Assembly (NCBI GenBank): GCA_951406725.2
Contig: OX597840.1
Coordinates: 3,720,001-3,784,000, forward strand
Source: Octopus vulgaris
Taxonomy: Eukaryota
Length of the DNA stretch: 64,000 nt
Direction: 5' to 3'
Shown here: positions 28,620 to 43,055 of the stretch, piece after piece
Numbering within the stretch: position 1 is the first letter of the stretch
Layout: every line of letters starts with the position of its first letter
Program-made: the position numbers and the translations under genes
The notes under the pieces: generated by a model
Seen by the model: only the letters and a program-made list of their open reading frames with translations
Database searches by the model: none
Told to the model about the DNA's origin: nothing

Positions 28620-28804
28620 GTGAAATTTGACTGGTAACCATCGCTGCTGCCACCTGCAGTATATATGTATGTAAATGTATGTGTGTGTGTGTGTGTGTGT
28701 GTGTTTCTGTGTGTGTGTCTATAGAATGCATATTCATACCTATACAAATATATGGTGCGTGTACATTGGTATGTAACTATATACATTCGTATATACACTT
28801 ATGT

Positions 28805-29097
28805 GGAGGCGCAATGGCCAAGTGGTTAGGGCAGCGGACTCGCGGTCGGAGGATCGCGGTTTCGATTCCCAGACCGGGCGTTGTGTGTGTTTATTGAGCT
28901 CCACGAGTCTCCGGTAGGGGTTGGTGATCCCTGCTGTACTCTTTCACCACTCTTTCTCCCACGCTTTCTTCTGTTGGCCTGCTCGCTTAACCAGCGGGGT
29001 GGCGTCGTTCGAAGGCTATAAAAACAATGCGAACGCATTGTGACCAGCGATGTGTAGCAACATCTGATGGTCTGGTCGGTCATGTGATCATGTGATA
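28805..29097 (+). mobile_element. SINE family A head with an alternative tail
   Basis: Head as at 1727 and 8292; tail ends CATGTGATCATGTGA. Confidence 0.85.
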
Positions 29098-29142
29098 TAC
29101 ACTTATATATGTATGTATGTTTGTATTTTTGTATAGATATAT

Positions 29143-29561
29143 AGGCGCAGGAGTGGCTGTGTGGTAAGTAGCTTGCTAACCAACCACATGGTTCCGGGTT
29201 CAGTCCCACTGCGTGGCATCTTGGGCAAGTGTCTTCTGCTATAGCCCCGGGCCGACCAATGTCTTGTGAGTGGATTTGGTAGACGGAAACTGAAAGAAGC
29301 CTGTCGTATATATGTGTATATATATATAAGTGTGTGTGTGTATATGTGTGTGTGTCTGTGTTTGTCCCCCTAGCATTGCTTGACAACCGATGCTGGTGTG
29401 TTTACGTCCCCATCACTTAGCGGTTCGGCAATAGAGACCGATAGAATAAGTACTGGGCTTACAAAGAATAAGTCCCGGGGTCGATTTGCTCAACTAAAGG
29501 CGGTGCTCCAGCATGGCCGCAGTCAAATAACTGAAACAAGTAAAAGGGTAAAGAGTAAAGA

Positions 29562-29562
<1 letters not shown>
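29143..29562 (+). mobile_element. SINE family C, full-length reference copy
   Basis: A box TGGCTGTGTGG, B box GGTTCAGTCCC, CCTTGGGCAAG-like segment, internal TA/TG tract, GTAAAAGAG-type tail. Confidence 0.9.
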
Positions 29563-29605
<43 letters not shown>

Positions 29606-29759
29606 ATATGCGTGCACGAATGTATGTTTTATATGTAGGATGGATCTCTTCATTGGAACAAGGTTATTCCCAAACTGAATAAATCTGATCCTTTAAAAAT
29701 TAGAACTGAATATATGTGTGTAAGTGTGTGTGTATATATATATATATATACTCACATAT

Positions 29760-29792
<33 letters not shown>

Positions 29793-29795
29793 CAT

Positions 29796-29864
<69 letters not shown>

Positions 29865-30174
29865 TATACGTATATATATATAAGCATATACGTATATGTG
29901 GAAATATATATCACAAATATATTATTTTATGAATCAAAAACTAATTTTCACAACTATTATTATTATTATCATAATTATCGTTATTATTATGATTATTATT
30001 ATCATCATCATCATCATCATCATCATTATCATTATTAGTATTGTTCTTATTTTTATTCTTCTTCTTATTATTATTATCACTACCATCCCCGCCAACATAG
30101 TAATATAAAAAGTAATATTGTTGATGTATTCATCCATAGACGTACAAACATTATATATATATATACACGCTTAA

Positions 30175-30208
<34 letters not shown>

Positions 30209-30485
30209 ATGTGTGTATGTGTGTGTGTCTGTGTATGTCTATATAGGTATATATATGAACGTGTATGACTATGTGTTTCTGTATACTCTCGTAGAATCAC
30301 GGCTCTCACTCTCTCGTTTTTCCCTTTCTGTGTTCATATATGTCGGCATGCGCGAGACTGTGTCCATTGCATGTATTTGTAGGCACGTGATTGCATGCAT
30401 GTACGTGCGTGAATGCACGCTTTTATATGTGTGCATGAATTTACATGTGTGTACGTGACCGCATGAATGTTGCTATTAGTATGTG

Positions 30486-30534
<49 letters not shown>

Positions 30535-30609
30535 GCTCAAATATATATATGTGTGTGTGCGCGTGTGTTTCTGTATATATGCATATACATATATATAAGC
30601 ATATATACA

Positions 30610-30648
<39 letters not shown>

Positions 30649-30689
30649 CGCATAGATATATATACGAATATAAATATACATATATACGC

Positions 30690-30723
<34 letters not shown>

Positions 30724-32044
30724 ATACATATAAACATATACATATATATGCGTATATATGTATATATATATATATATTCTTATATATATCTATGCGTGTG
30801 TATATATATATACATATATACATATACATATATATGCGTATATATGTATATATATATTCGTATATATATCTATGCGTATATATATATATATATATATATA
30901 TGAATGTATATATGCTTATATATATGTATATGCATACATACAGAAACACACACATATATATATTTAAGCGTGTATATGTATATATATATATATGTATGTG
31001 TGTGTGTATATATATATATATAGAAGTATACGTGAAGGAACGTATATATGCAGGCTCCAGCTATGTGTACATGTCTCTACACGCTCACACATACACTCAA
31101 ACTCACACATACATGTACATGCATGTTTATGTACACATACATACGCACTAATTTTGTATTCGTACGTGTATACCTTTGTGGAGGTATGCACTCCTTTATT
31201 CGTTAATGTGTGAATGCGTGGAGGGGAGTGTACGTGTGTATGTGAAGATGTACGTATAATACTGTATATCGCCTCAGGTCTATAAGTGCTGCAAGACAAC
31301 ACAACCTTTCATTATAAAAGACGGCTACGTGTCTGTAAGAGAAACTTGATAAGATTACTAACTTTCAGTCGCCATTTTGCTGGTCTGCGCATTTCAGTAT
31401 AAAAGCCAATACATACATAGACGCACACATATTTGAGCTTACAGGCATATATACACACACACACATATATATATATATGTGTGTAGGTGTGTCAATATGC
31501 ATAGCTGTCTGTCTGTATGCGTCTATATGCTGGTATCTAGGCCGTATGATTAGTTTCACATGCAGGCAGTGTAAGTAGTAATGGCGGCCGTTTGTACTGT
31601 GATGATAGAGTAAGTGGACTGGAGAGTGGCGGAGAAGGGGAGCTAATCCACTCGAATTAATTCACAGAGGATTAGTTCATTTGCTGTTTGACATCTTCTT
31701 AACACTCATCAACAGCGTGGTGGCTTTTTTCTTCTTCTGTTTATTTTGTTTTTATTGTGATTTTGTTTGCTTTTCCGTGAGTTTTCTTATTGTTGCTGTT
31801 GTTGATAACGGTGGTGGTAGGGCTGTTGCTGGTTTTGTTGATACTAGTTGGTGGCGGCAGTGGCGGCGGTGGCGGCGGTGGCGGCGGTGGCGGCGGTGGC
31901 GGCGGTGGCGGCAGTGGCGGCAGTAGTGATGTTCTTTATTAATATACGCAGAAAGGGCAAACAGTAGACTATTCCGCAGGAATAATATTGACTTTAATTA
32001 ATAGGTACTTGCGTACATAAGTATATACTTACATATATACATAC

Positions 32045-32131
<87 letters not shown>

Positions 32132-32142
32132 AATATATATAC

Positions 32143-32199
<57 letters not shown>

Positions 32200-32240
32200 C
32201 AGACAGATAGACAGACAGATAGATAGATAGATAGACAGAC

Positions 32241-32319
<79 letters not shown>

Positions 32320-32373
32320 AAGACAGATGGTAAATGAAAGACGGAAGATGGAATATACTAGAATTTTTATTAC

Positions 32374-32483
32374 TTATCACAACAATTGTTTCGACACATC
32401 CAGCATCGCTCCCTCACGCAGGGGACACTTAACAACTGATTCAGGAGCACCCGGCGGTGTAGATGTGTCTCAACGGGTGGTAA
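32374..32483 (-). ncRNA. HHR-like motif with extended stem II
   Basis: UUACCAC CCGUUGA GACACAUC..GAUGUGUC GAA ACAAUUGU U GUGAUAA; palindromic stem III, 6/7-bp stem I. Confidence 0.55.
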
Positions 32484-32604
32484 ATAAATACAACTCGTTA
32501 AGATAACAGTTCTGCAATGTTATCTTCTCATTACGTAGAAAGAAAAGCGGCAAAACGAAAGGAATATATTCATGTACATAGAGGAATCGACGTTAGTTTA
32601 AATA

Positions 32605-32649
32605 ATAAACCGCGATATGTGAACCGCGATATGGCGAGGGATTATTGTA
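32605..32649. mobile_element. Tigger/pogo-like element terminus
   Basis: AACCGCGATAT repeated, followed by GGCGAGGGATTATTGTA; related to 43802-43981. Confidence 0.5.
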
Positions 32650-32654
32650 TTTAT

Positions 32655-32720
<66 letters not shown>

Positions 32721-32800
32721 GGGCGGAGGGACGGACGACAGATGGTCAAACAGGCAGATAAACAGACAATAGATATATACATAGACAGACACACACACAC

Positions 32801-32869
<69 letters not shown>

Positions 32870-32954
32870 CATACATACATACATACATACATACATACAT
32901 ACATACATACATACATACATACATACATACATACATACATACATACATACATAC

Positions 32955-32991
<37 letters not shown>

Positions 32992-33002
32992 TAGATAGAT
33001 AT

Positions 33003-33117
<115 letters not shown>

Positions 33118-33478
33118 TACATTGTAGACTATGCTATGCTATATACCCATAACATAATGAACTATACATATATAATATATTGTACTACACGTGTGTGTGT
33201 GTGTGTGTGTGTATTCTCTTGTATGCGAATGCGCACACGCATCTGCGTGTGTTTCTCTTTACGTTAATTTACGCTAATCACCTTGCGAACAATGATACGC
33301 CTTATACAATAAATCATTTTCACGCCTTTCAATGCAACATTGGTTAACGTAGGAAGTAAGCAACCCATTATTAATCACGACATCAGTAACGAATTCATCG
33401 CTTTTCTTTCTGCCGGTGGTGATACGGACTCGGGAGTATAATGTATGTATTGTTCATACAGCAAAATACCAGTAATAC

Positions 33479-33895
33479 CTATTTCTTTACTACCCACAAG
33501 GAGCTAAACACAGAGGGGACAAACAAGGACAGACACACGGATTGAGTCGATTAGATCGACTCCAGTGCGTAACTGGTACTTAATTTATCGACCCCGAAGG
33601 GATGAAAGGCAAAGTCGACCTCGGCGTAATTTGAACTCAGAACGTAACGGCTGATGAAATACCCATTTCTTTATTACCCACGAGGGGCTAAACACAGAGG
33701 GGACAAACAAGGACAGACATAGGTATTAAGTAGATTATATCGACCCCAGTGCGTAACTGGTACTTAATTTATCAACCCCGAATGGATGAAAGGCAAAGTC
33801 GACCTCGGCGTAATTTGAACTCAGAACGTAACGGCTGACGAAATACCGCTAAGCATTTCGCCCGTCGTGCTAACGATTCTGCCAGCTCGCCGCCT
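33479..33895 (-). mobile_element. SINE family D tandem dimer with 14-bp TSD
   Basis: Two ~183-bp units under one head; AATACCAGTAATAC at 33465-33478 and 33896-33909. Confidence 0.88.
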
Positions 33896-34404
33896 AATAC
33901 CAGTAATACATTGTGTCGTTGTACATTGGCCGTGGGTCGGAAGGTATTTGGTGCAATCTGTTAGCAATTTTTAGTTCTTTTTTTCCATTTCACCTTCGTT
34001 CCTTCATTATGAATTTTCGGCGTTTTGCCAAAAGCGAAATGATCATTATCATCCTTGCCGTCATCATCGTCGTCGTCGTCTTTATTATTTCAGCTATTTT
34101 TACAGCGCCATCGATTGGCTGATTCAGTCGTAGAGTGAAGGACAAAATTTGCCTTGAGAACGGGTATTTTCTCCGGGCTTTTTGCGTTCTGAGTTCAAAT
34201 CGTAGCTAGGTCCAAATTGCTTGACTTTTTTCCAGGCGTTGGTAACATAATATACCCATTTTGTATCATAGTCTTCCACGTGTACAAACACGTTTTATTT
34301 CTCACTTAACCCTCAGGGTGATCAGTTGATCTGTTAGAAATATCAGTCATATTTCCATAACATTCATGTACGCACACATATATAGATAGACACATATACA
34401 CAGA

Positions 34405-35002
34405 CAGCGAGCTGGCAGAAAGGTTAGCACGCAGGGCGAAATGCTTAGCAGTATTTCGTCTGCTGCTACGAACTGAGTTCAAATTCCGCCGAGGTCGACT
34501 TTGCCTTTCATATTTTCGAGGTCGATTAAATAAGTGCCAGTTACGTACTGGGGCCGATATAACCGACTTAATTCGTTTCTCTGTCCTTGTTTGTCCTTTC
34601 TGCGTTTAGCCCCTTGTGGGTAGTAAAGAAATAGGTATTTCGTATGCCGTTACGTTCTGAGTTCAAATTCCGCCGAGGTCGACTTTGCCTTTCATCCTTT
34701 CGGGGTCGATAAATTAAGTACCAGTTACGCACTGGGGCCGATGTAATCGACTTAATCCCTTTGTCTGTCCTTGTTTGTCCTCCTGTGTTTAGCCCCTTGT
34801 GGGTAGTAAAGAAATAGGTATTTCGTCCGCCGTTACGTTCTGAGTTCAAATTCCGCCGAGGTCGACTTTGCCTTTCATCCTTTCGGGGTCGATAAATTAA
34901 GTACCAGTTTCGCACTGGGATCGATGTAATCGACTTAATCCCTTTGTCTGTCCTTATTTGTCCCCTCTGTATTTATCCCCTTGTGGGCAATAAAGAAATA
35001 AG
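34405..35002 (+). mobile_element. SINE family D tandem trimer with 17-bp TSD
   Basis: GTATTTC at 34451, 34635 and 34818; AGACACATATACACAGA at 34388-34404 and 35003-35019. Confidence 0.9.
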
Positions 35003-35199
35003 AGACACATATACACAGAGACACTGTTTTATATCGATTATCTATGAATCCATCACCACCACTACCACCGATATCACTGACGGCAATTTATTCAACAAAT
35101 TTCGAAGTCCCAGTAAAAACTAATCTTCTAAATTGTGTGTGTATATATGTGTAGGTGTGTGCGTGTGTGGGTGTGTGCGTGTGTGGGTGTGTGTGTGCG

Positions 35200-35422
35200 T
35201 ACTTGTCTTCCGTGCTTCATAACTTGATGGATCTGGGGTCATCCCAGGTGAGTGGTCCCAGACGCGCCATCCTATATAATGGCGACCAAGTCGAACAGTT
35301 CTCTCCATCGCAGGCGTTTCCATCCAGCCCCTCTATATCTTCCAAATGCAGAGGGAGATTTTCCTTAATCACGTCCGTAATCACATCCTCTGAAAAATTT
35401 TCCTTAATCAAGTCCAGCCATC
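35200..35422 (-). pseudogene. Probable 3' remnant of an RTE-like LINE ORF
   Basis: RWLDLIKEN..DVIKENL..ACDGEN resembles the RWxDxIKED..DRxxW C-terminus of RTE-type ORFs. Confidence 0.4.
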
Positions 35423-35799
35423 TGTGCGTGCGCTGGCGCATGTGCGGTGTGTTTGTGTGTGTGTTGGGGGGGGGGTCATTGCTAAACTTAGATAAGCTGG
35501 ACACCAGCGCAATGTGGTTAGTTAATATGATGTTTCTTCTTCTACAAGACATCTTTTGGCCGAAATACGCACAAAATTATATACACTAAAACCTTTTTCT
35601 ATACGAAAGTCTCAAAGTAAAATATGATTTTATTTTCCTCATTTCCTTTCTACATGTGTTGTGTGTTAAACTTCCTTTGCGAATATATTTCGTAAAACGA
35701 ATACAATGAAACATTTAAAACGTAATTTATATTTTTATTTTCAAATATATGCATACAAGGGCATAAATATATTTACCCCTTATGTTAGAAAATTTTCTA

Positions 35800-37420
35800 C
35801 AACTACTTCACCGACACATTAACACCAAAATATTTCTCCAGTCACCACATCCACTATCATCGCCACCAATACTTAGGTCCCTAACAACCATCACAAACTC
35901 TTTCCAACAAAACTCAACGCAGTCACCGTCACCATCACCAACAACAGTCATCAACGGTCCACCGTTTTTCCACGACCACCACAACCGACCCTTCCTTTCT
36001 CTGTCATCTACCACCAACACTATTAGCAACAACAACCATCCAACGTTTTGTATCAGTACCAGCACCGCTGTAACAAACGCAGCCGTCACCACTGCTACAA
36101 TATAACCATCGCTACCAACACTTAGATCCCATAAGTATCGCAAACCCATTACACAACCATAAAAACCAACAGCATCGCCGACAACAATTGTCAACGTTTT
36201 TCTACGTCCACGACCTACATAGCCATCACCACCAGCACCATCATCATCACCATTTCCATCGCAACCAAACTTCACTTTCTCTGTTATCTATCAACGCCAC
36301 CACTATTAAAAAAACCAACACCGTTACCAACAACAAACGTACAACAGTTTTTTTCCAGCCATCAACAACGCTATTACAAACGTCATCACCGTACCACCGC
36401 CACATCAACACCACCATCGTCAAACGTTTACCATTACCATGAAAATCCCAACACCATAACCAACAGTAATCGTCAACCGTTCACCGTTTTACTACGATCA
36501 CAACCACCACCACAAGCACAACCAGCATAACCACAACAAACACCATCCACAAGAAGAACCACCACCATCACAACTTTTATTCTCCGTTCCCGTTTCCCAC
36601 CACCAGCACCATCACAACCACTACAGCCACCACCATCACAACTAACCCTACTTTTCTCTGTTATTCGCCATCACCCCCAGAGAGTTATCTGGCCATCGTT
36701 ATTCTATGACCATACCCACCAACGCCATCACCACAACCACTACTACAGTTACCACCATCACAACCAACTCTACCTTCTTCTATTATCCGCCACCACCTCC
36801 ACCACCAGAAATACCTACTTTCACCAACGTCATTACCAGCAACAATCGTCAACCGTCCACTTTTCTCTACGAAGATCACCACCAGCACATCCAACACAAC
36901 CACATCCACTGCAACAAGAACCACCATCACAACCTATCCTAAGTTCTCCTGTTATCCCACCACCAGCACCATCCGAAACCAATGCTGTCATCATCATCAT
37001 CATCAACAACAATCGTCAAGCGTCCACAACCAACACAACCACAACTACCATCATCACCACATCCACCACAAGAAGAACTACCACCATCACAACCTATCCT
37101 CCGTCCAACGTGTTATTTACGCCATCACCACCACCACCACTATCAGAAACCAACGCTATCACCCACATCACCATCAACAGCACTCGTCAACAATCCACCG
37201 TTTTTGTATGCTCACAACCACCACCACAAACACAACCAATACAACTATCACCACTACAGCCAACCACCACCACCACTACCACAACCAGCACCTCTACAAC
37301 CAAACACCAGCACGACCGACCCTCCGTTTCACTGTTATGCACCACCACCACCCCATCACCGCAACCACCATCATTAATAATATCAACACCGCCACCATCA
37401 GCCATCAAAAACGGTCCGTT
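35800..37420. repeat. Degenerate ACC/CAT-rich long-period repeat
   Basis: CGTCAACCGTCCACCGTTTTTCTACG-like motif recurs near 35950, 36190, 36470, 36847 and 37185. Confidence 0.65.
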
Positions 37421-38036
37421 ATCAGCGTGAAGAAAGCTGCTGGAAGCTATGTGCCGGTCTATTGTTGTCTCATATCACTGAATTTAATGTCGGCCATTTT
37501 CTAATATATTGGTACGGCGGAATTCCGATATTACTGTATATTATCAGCTTCACCCATTAACATAAGTGTGAGTATGTGTGTGTATGTGTGCGGTAGAGGG
37601 GTCTGTATGTGTAGTGTAGAGGTGTAAAGTGTGTGGATGGGTGAGTGACGGTGTTGTGTGTCTCTGTATATATGAACGTTTCTATGTGTATACCAAATGA
37701 TATTGTGTGCATGCATTTACATACACACATGCATACATACATTTATATATATACACACTTATATGTAGATATATATATATATTTGTGTGTGTGTGTATAT
37801 GTATGTAAGCGTGTCGACAAGTGAGGCAGTATTTAAACATATTTTATATCCGTAAACCTGACAGATTTATTCAAGTAATACATAAACTATATATATACAT
37901 ACATATACATATATATACATATATATACATATATATGTGCATATATTTAAAAATATGTGTGTATGTGTGTACACACACATATATACCTATACATATATAT
38001 ATATGCATAGGTGTAATATAATATATAATATATATA

Positions 38037-38092
<56 letters not shown>

Positions 38093-38789
38093 ATATCTAT
38101 ATATATGTATCTGTATATATATATAAATATACATTTACATATATATAGGGACCAAATATATATGTATATATAGGTATATGTATGTGTATGTATGTATGCA
38201 TGTATGTATGTATAGTGAGAGAGAGTGAGAGAGAGAGATAAGGAGAAAACTGGAGAAAGAGTGATATCTTTTGGGCACGTCCATTTTTCCTTTAAACGTT
38301 CTTCTCCTTTTAACACAACCGACACCCTAACCGGAACCCACCACCCTATACCCACCATACCACACACACACACACATACACATCGCTCTACACCGCCCCA
38401 AATGTCCCCCACACCCGCATCTTCACACTTCCGCCCACTATTCAACTTCAAAAACAAAAACAAAAATTGACCACCGTTGCCCTACCACCAACACCATACC
38501 ACCATACCACCATACCACCACCACCACCACCACTATCACTGACCAACACCATCAACGCCCCATGCAGAATTCCACCAAACACCGCCAACATTACCGCTAC
38601 CGCCATCGCCGCGTTAACTGTCAACAACGTCACCGCCGCAGCGAATCTACGGCAGACATTTTGTTCGTAACCGCCACAGCTATGTTTCATCGCCACCAGA
38701 ATCAGTCAACGGCATATCTTCCGTTCTCAACGCCATCGTCACGCGATGTCTTTCTTTCGCCTTGTCTTAAACTTCGACGTGGCTTTTCA

Positions 38790-39490
<701 letters not shown>

Positions 39491-40256
39491 CATCACTACC
39501 ACCGTCATTACTATCACCGCTACTACCTCACCGATACTTCTACTACCAACTGTAAGAACAATAGCAACAATTCGACAATACCAATTTACTCCGCCGCTGC
39601 GAAATCGCCGGCAAAACCAATACCACCGCCAACGCCCCCGCCACCACAACGTTCGTTCACTTGTTTTAGTGCCAATGGCACCGACACCGCCGCCAGTATC
39701 ATTGCTAGCATCACCACCACCAACACTGTCACCGGTACCATCACCATAACTCCACCGTTAATTTTTACCAACTGTGACACTCCTGTGCCGCAAACATCAC
39801 TAACAAGACCAAACACCAACGCCGCCAGTACCACAACCACCACCACCACCACCACCACTAATACTAATACTACTACGACTTCTACTACTACTACTATTAC
39901 GACGAATATACTCAGATTTTTGCTTCTACTCCTGCCGTAGCTGCTACTACTACCGCTACTACTAATCATAGTACTACCATTATTATTACTGCTCCTACTA
40001 CTACTACTGATACTACGACTAGTAGTAGTAGTAGGTATGGTGGTGGTGGTGGTAGTAGTAGTAGGTATGGTGGTGGTGGTGGTGGTGGTGGTAGTAGAAG
40101 TGGTAGTAGTAGTAGCAGTAGTAGTAGGTAAGGTGGTGGTGGTGGTGGTGGTGGTGGTAGTAGTAGTGGTAGTAGTAGTAGCAGTAGTAGTAGGTAAGGT
40201 GGTGGTGGTGGTGGTGGTAGTAGTAGTAGTAGGTGGTGGTTGTCGTCGTCGTCGTG

Positions 40257-40288
<32 letters not shown>

Positions 40289-40295
40289 TGTTGTT

Positions 40296-40373
<78 letters not shown>

Positions 40374-40594
40374 CAACCATCACAAGCACCAACAACCTCA
40401 ACGACGTTATTCCAGTTATTCCAGATTTAGTGTATCTAAACTTTTATTGTTCAACGTGTTCTTCAGATGATAAGGCTTTGATTTGAGGGGAGATTTCGCT
40501 GCTGTTTCATGCAATATCGGTGACGTCATGGAGCGACTTATGTTGGCTATTATTGATGTTTATAAATATATGGACATGTATATACATACATATA

Positions 40595-40771
40595 CTTGGC
40601 TATTTTTTTCATCCTCCTTCCTTTTCTTTTGGACTTTCCTATGTCTCCTGTTTCCGAAGAAGAGCTTTGCACGAAATGTAAAACAACCATTCTTCCTTTC
40701 CTTCTCTGAGCGTGTCTTATTAATACTTCGCATGTACCACGTCCTCGCGTTGTTAATTTTTCCTGTTGTCT
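40595..40771 (+). mobile_element. Solo H1 HHR-bearing element (motif at 40650-40684)
   Basis: GTTT CCGAAGA A GAGC TTT GCAC GAAATGTA AAAC; shares CTGAGCGT and CCACGTCCTCGCGTTGTT with 4839 and 26579; ends in (TA)n. Confidence 0.7.
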
Positions 40772-40773
40772 TT

Positions 40774-40840
<67 letters not shown>

Positions 40841-40872
40841 TGCATTTCTATATGTATGTATATATATATATA

Positions 40873-41025
40873 GTGACGCATATTTGCCATTTGAATATGG
40901 CTAACCCCTAAGGGTGGATGCTACTGTAGTTTGTAGCCCCAGGAAGATATCTCCTCCTGGGGCTACAAACTACAGTAGCATCCACCCTTAGGGTTAGCCA
41001 TATTCAAATGGCAAATATGCGTCAC
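40873..41025. repeat. Near-perfect palindrome (72/71-bp arms, 10-nt loop)
   Basis: Arms are reverse complements except for one 1-nt indel. Confidence 0.92.
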
Positions 41026-41203
41026 GATGTGTTACCGCTACTGTTTATAACTCGCTCTGAGATTTATCATTGTATATATATATTTATCTATATATAAATA
41101 TAAATATCCACGATTCCTATAAAATAAAGCTGAAGCAAATGAACACCAAATATATAGTGCATGTGTTTTTATTAGCTAAACTGGCAACATATATATACAT
41201 ATG

Positions 41204-41243
<40 letters not shown>

Positions 41244-41282
41244 CATTCATACATGTATGTACACATATATATACATACACAC

Positions 41283-41355
<73 letters not shown>

Positions 41356-41464
41356 TATATGTATGTACTTATATATGTATATATATTTGTGTACGTTGTT
41401 AAAGTCATGAGAAATTTATAAACTTCAGACGAAGCGTTAAGTATATATGTATGCATACACATAC

Positions 41465-41496
<32 letters not shown>

Positions 41497-41737
41497 ATGC
41501 AAACATATATACATGTATATATGTATATATCATTTAGTGTACACAGTATAAAGGATACTGAGCATATGGTCTCAGAGCCTAAAAATTTCTTGGAGACACA
41601 AGGCTTGGTAAAATTTTTTAAAAACTGTTTAACCACATGTTTCCACAGCCAGAAACTATTAGTAGCTCCGATATTTATTTCTCTCCTGATCGAATACATT
41701 TTATTGATCCTACCTCAACAGAACAGTAAACTATATA

Positions 41738-41784
<47 letters not shown>

Positions 41785-41785
<1 letters not shown>

Positions 41786-41974
41786 GCCATGATAGATCGT
41801 TAGTCACTACACACATTTTTTCTCTCCTTTTTTTCTCTCCTTGTTTTTTTCTGTCCCCTTTCTGTGGAAAAGCATAGGCTCGCGAAAGACTTTTTCAATT
41901 CCTGAGCGTTATACTAATATATCTGCTTGTTTTGTACAACACCTATTTTCGTCTTTTGTTTTTTTCGTGAACTC

Positions 41975-41978
<4 letters not shown>
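41785..41978 (+). mobile_element. H2 element with damaged HHR motif (41858-41888)
   Basis: CTTT CTGTGGA AAAGC ATAG GCTC, then a deletion in GAAACG; downstream CCTGAGCGTTATACTAAT as in other H2 copies. Confidence 0.65.
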
Positions 41979-42033
<55 letters not shown>

Positions 42034-42101
42034 GCGTATTCAAACTTTATGTATGTATATATATATATATATATATATATAAATATATATATAAAGGGTA
42101 A

Positions 42102-42424
42102 AGATCCCCTTCGGTCATGAACGACCATGTGATTGCACCTAAAAAGGCACAATACCGAGCAAGGTTGTTTGTGGAAGACCACCATTCAGCCATGCATGCT
42201 AGCCTTCTCTCTCCACACCACTGATGTTACCCAAGGCAGAGGCAAAGGCCGATACCGCTTGGCACCAGTGGCGTCGCAACTCATATCTACAGCTGAGTGA
42301 ACTCGATTAACACGTGAAATAAAGTGTCTTGCTCAAGAACACAACACTCAGCCTGGTTCGAGGATCGAACTCACTACCTCATGATTGTGAGCCCGACGCT
42401 CTAACCACTGCGCCATGTGTTTTC
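42102..42424 (-). mobile_element. CORE-type SINE family B
   Basis: Homologous to 6162-6501. Confidence 0.82.
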
Positions 42425-42783
42425 ACACACACAAACACATATGCGTATCATTTTATCTCATCCCTTTTCTCTTCCACTTCCGACTCCTGTGATCTTGTAC
42501 ATCATTTATATTCGCGAAATGGCTCCTGGCTCTTGGCTCTTCTTCTCATCCTCCTCCTTGATCGTCATCCTTGTATCCTTGCTCTCCTTTCATCGTCGTT
42601 GTTTTATTTTTCATGTTTTCTTTTCGGCTCTTCCTTAGCTTTTCTTCTGCCCTTTGTTATCGACTTTGTTATCGTTTTCTTCGTTCGCTTCTTCTTCTTC
42701 TTCTTCTTCTTCTTCTTCTTCTTCTTCTTCTTCTTCTTCTTCTTCTTCTTCTTCTTCTTCTTCTTCTTCTTCTTCTTCGTCTT

Positions 42784-42888
<105 letters not shown>

Positions 42889-42970
42889 CTTTCGTCTTTT
42901 TTCTTCTTCAGTTTCTTTTTTAGCTTTTTTTCTTCTTCTTCTTCATTTTCTTCAGCTTCTTCATCATCAG

Positions 42971-43007
<37 letters not shown>

Positions 43008-43023
43008 TTCTTCTTCTTCTACT

Positions 43024-43055
<32 letters not shown>

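Noticed and set aside
31300-31620. YY1-like CGCCATTTT/AATGGCGGC motifs as a promoter
   Set aside because: Short motifs expected by chance; no associated gene start
33645-33665. CTGATGAAA within the SINE D dimer as a hammerhead core
   Set aside because: Other copies read CAGACGAAA or CTGACGAAA; no stem II between core and GAAA
35217-35552. 111-aa ORF as a host exon; CAG|GTGAGT donor near 35247
   Set aside because: Better explained as a LINE C-terminal remnant; no convincing paired splice sites
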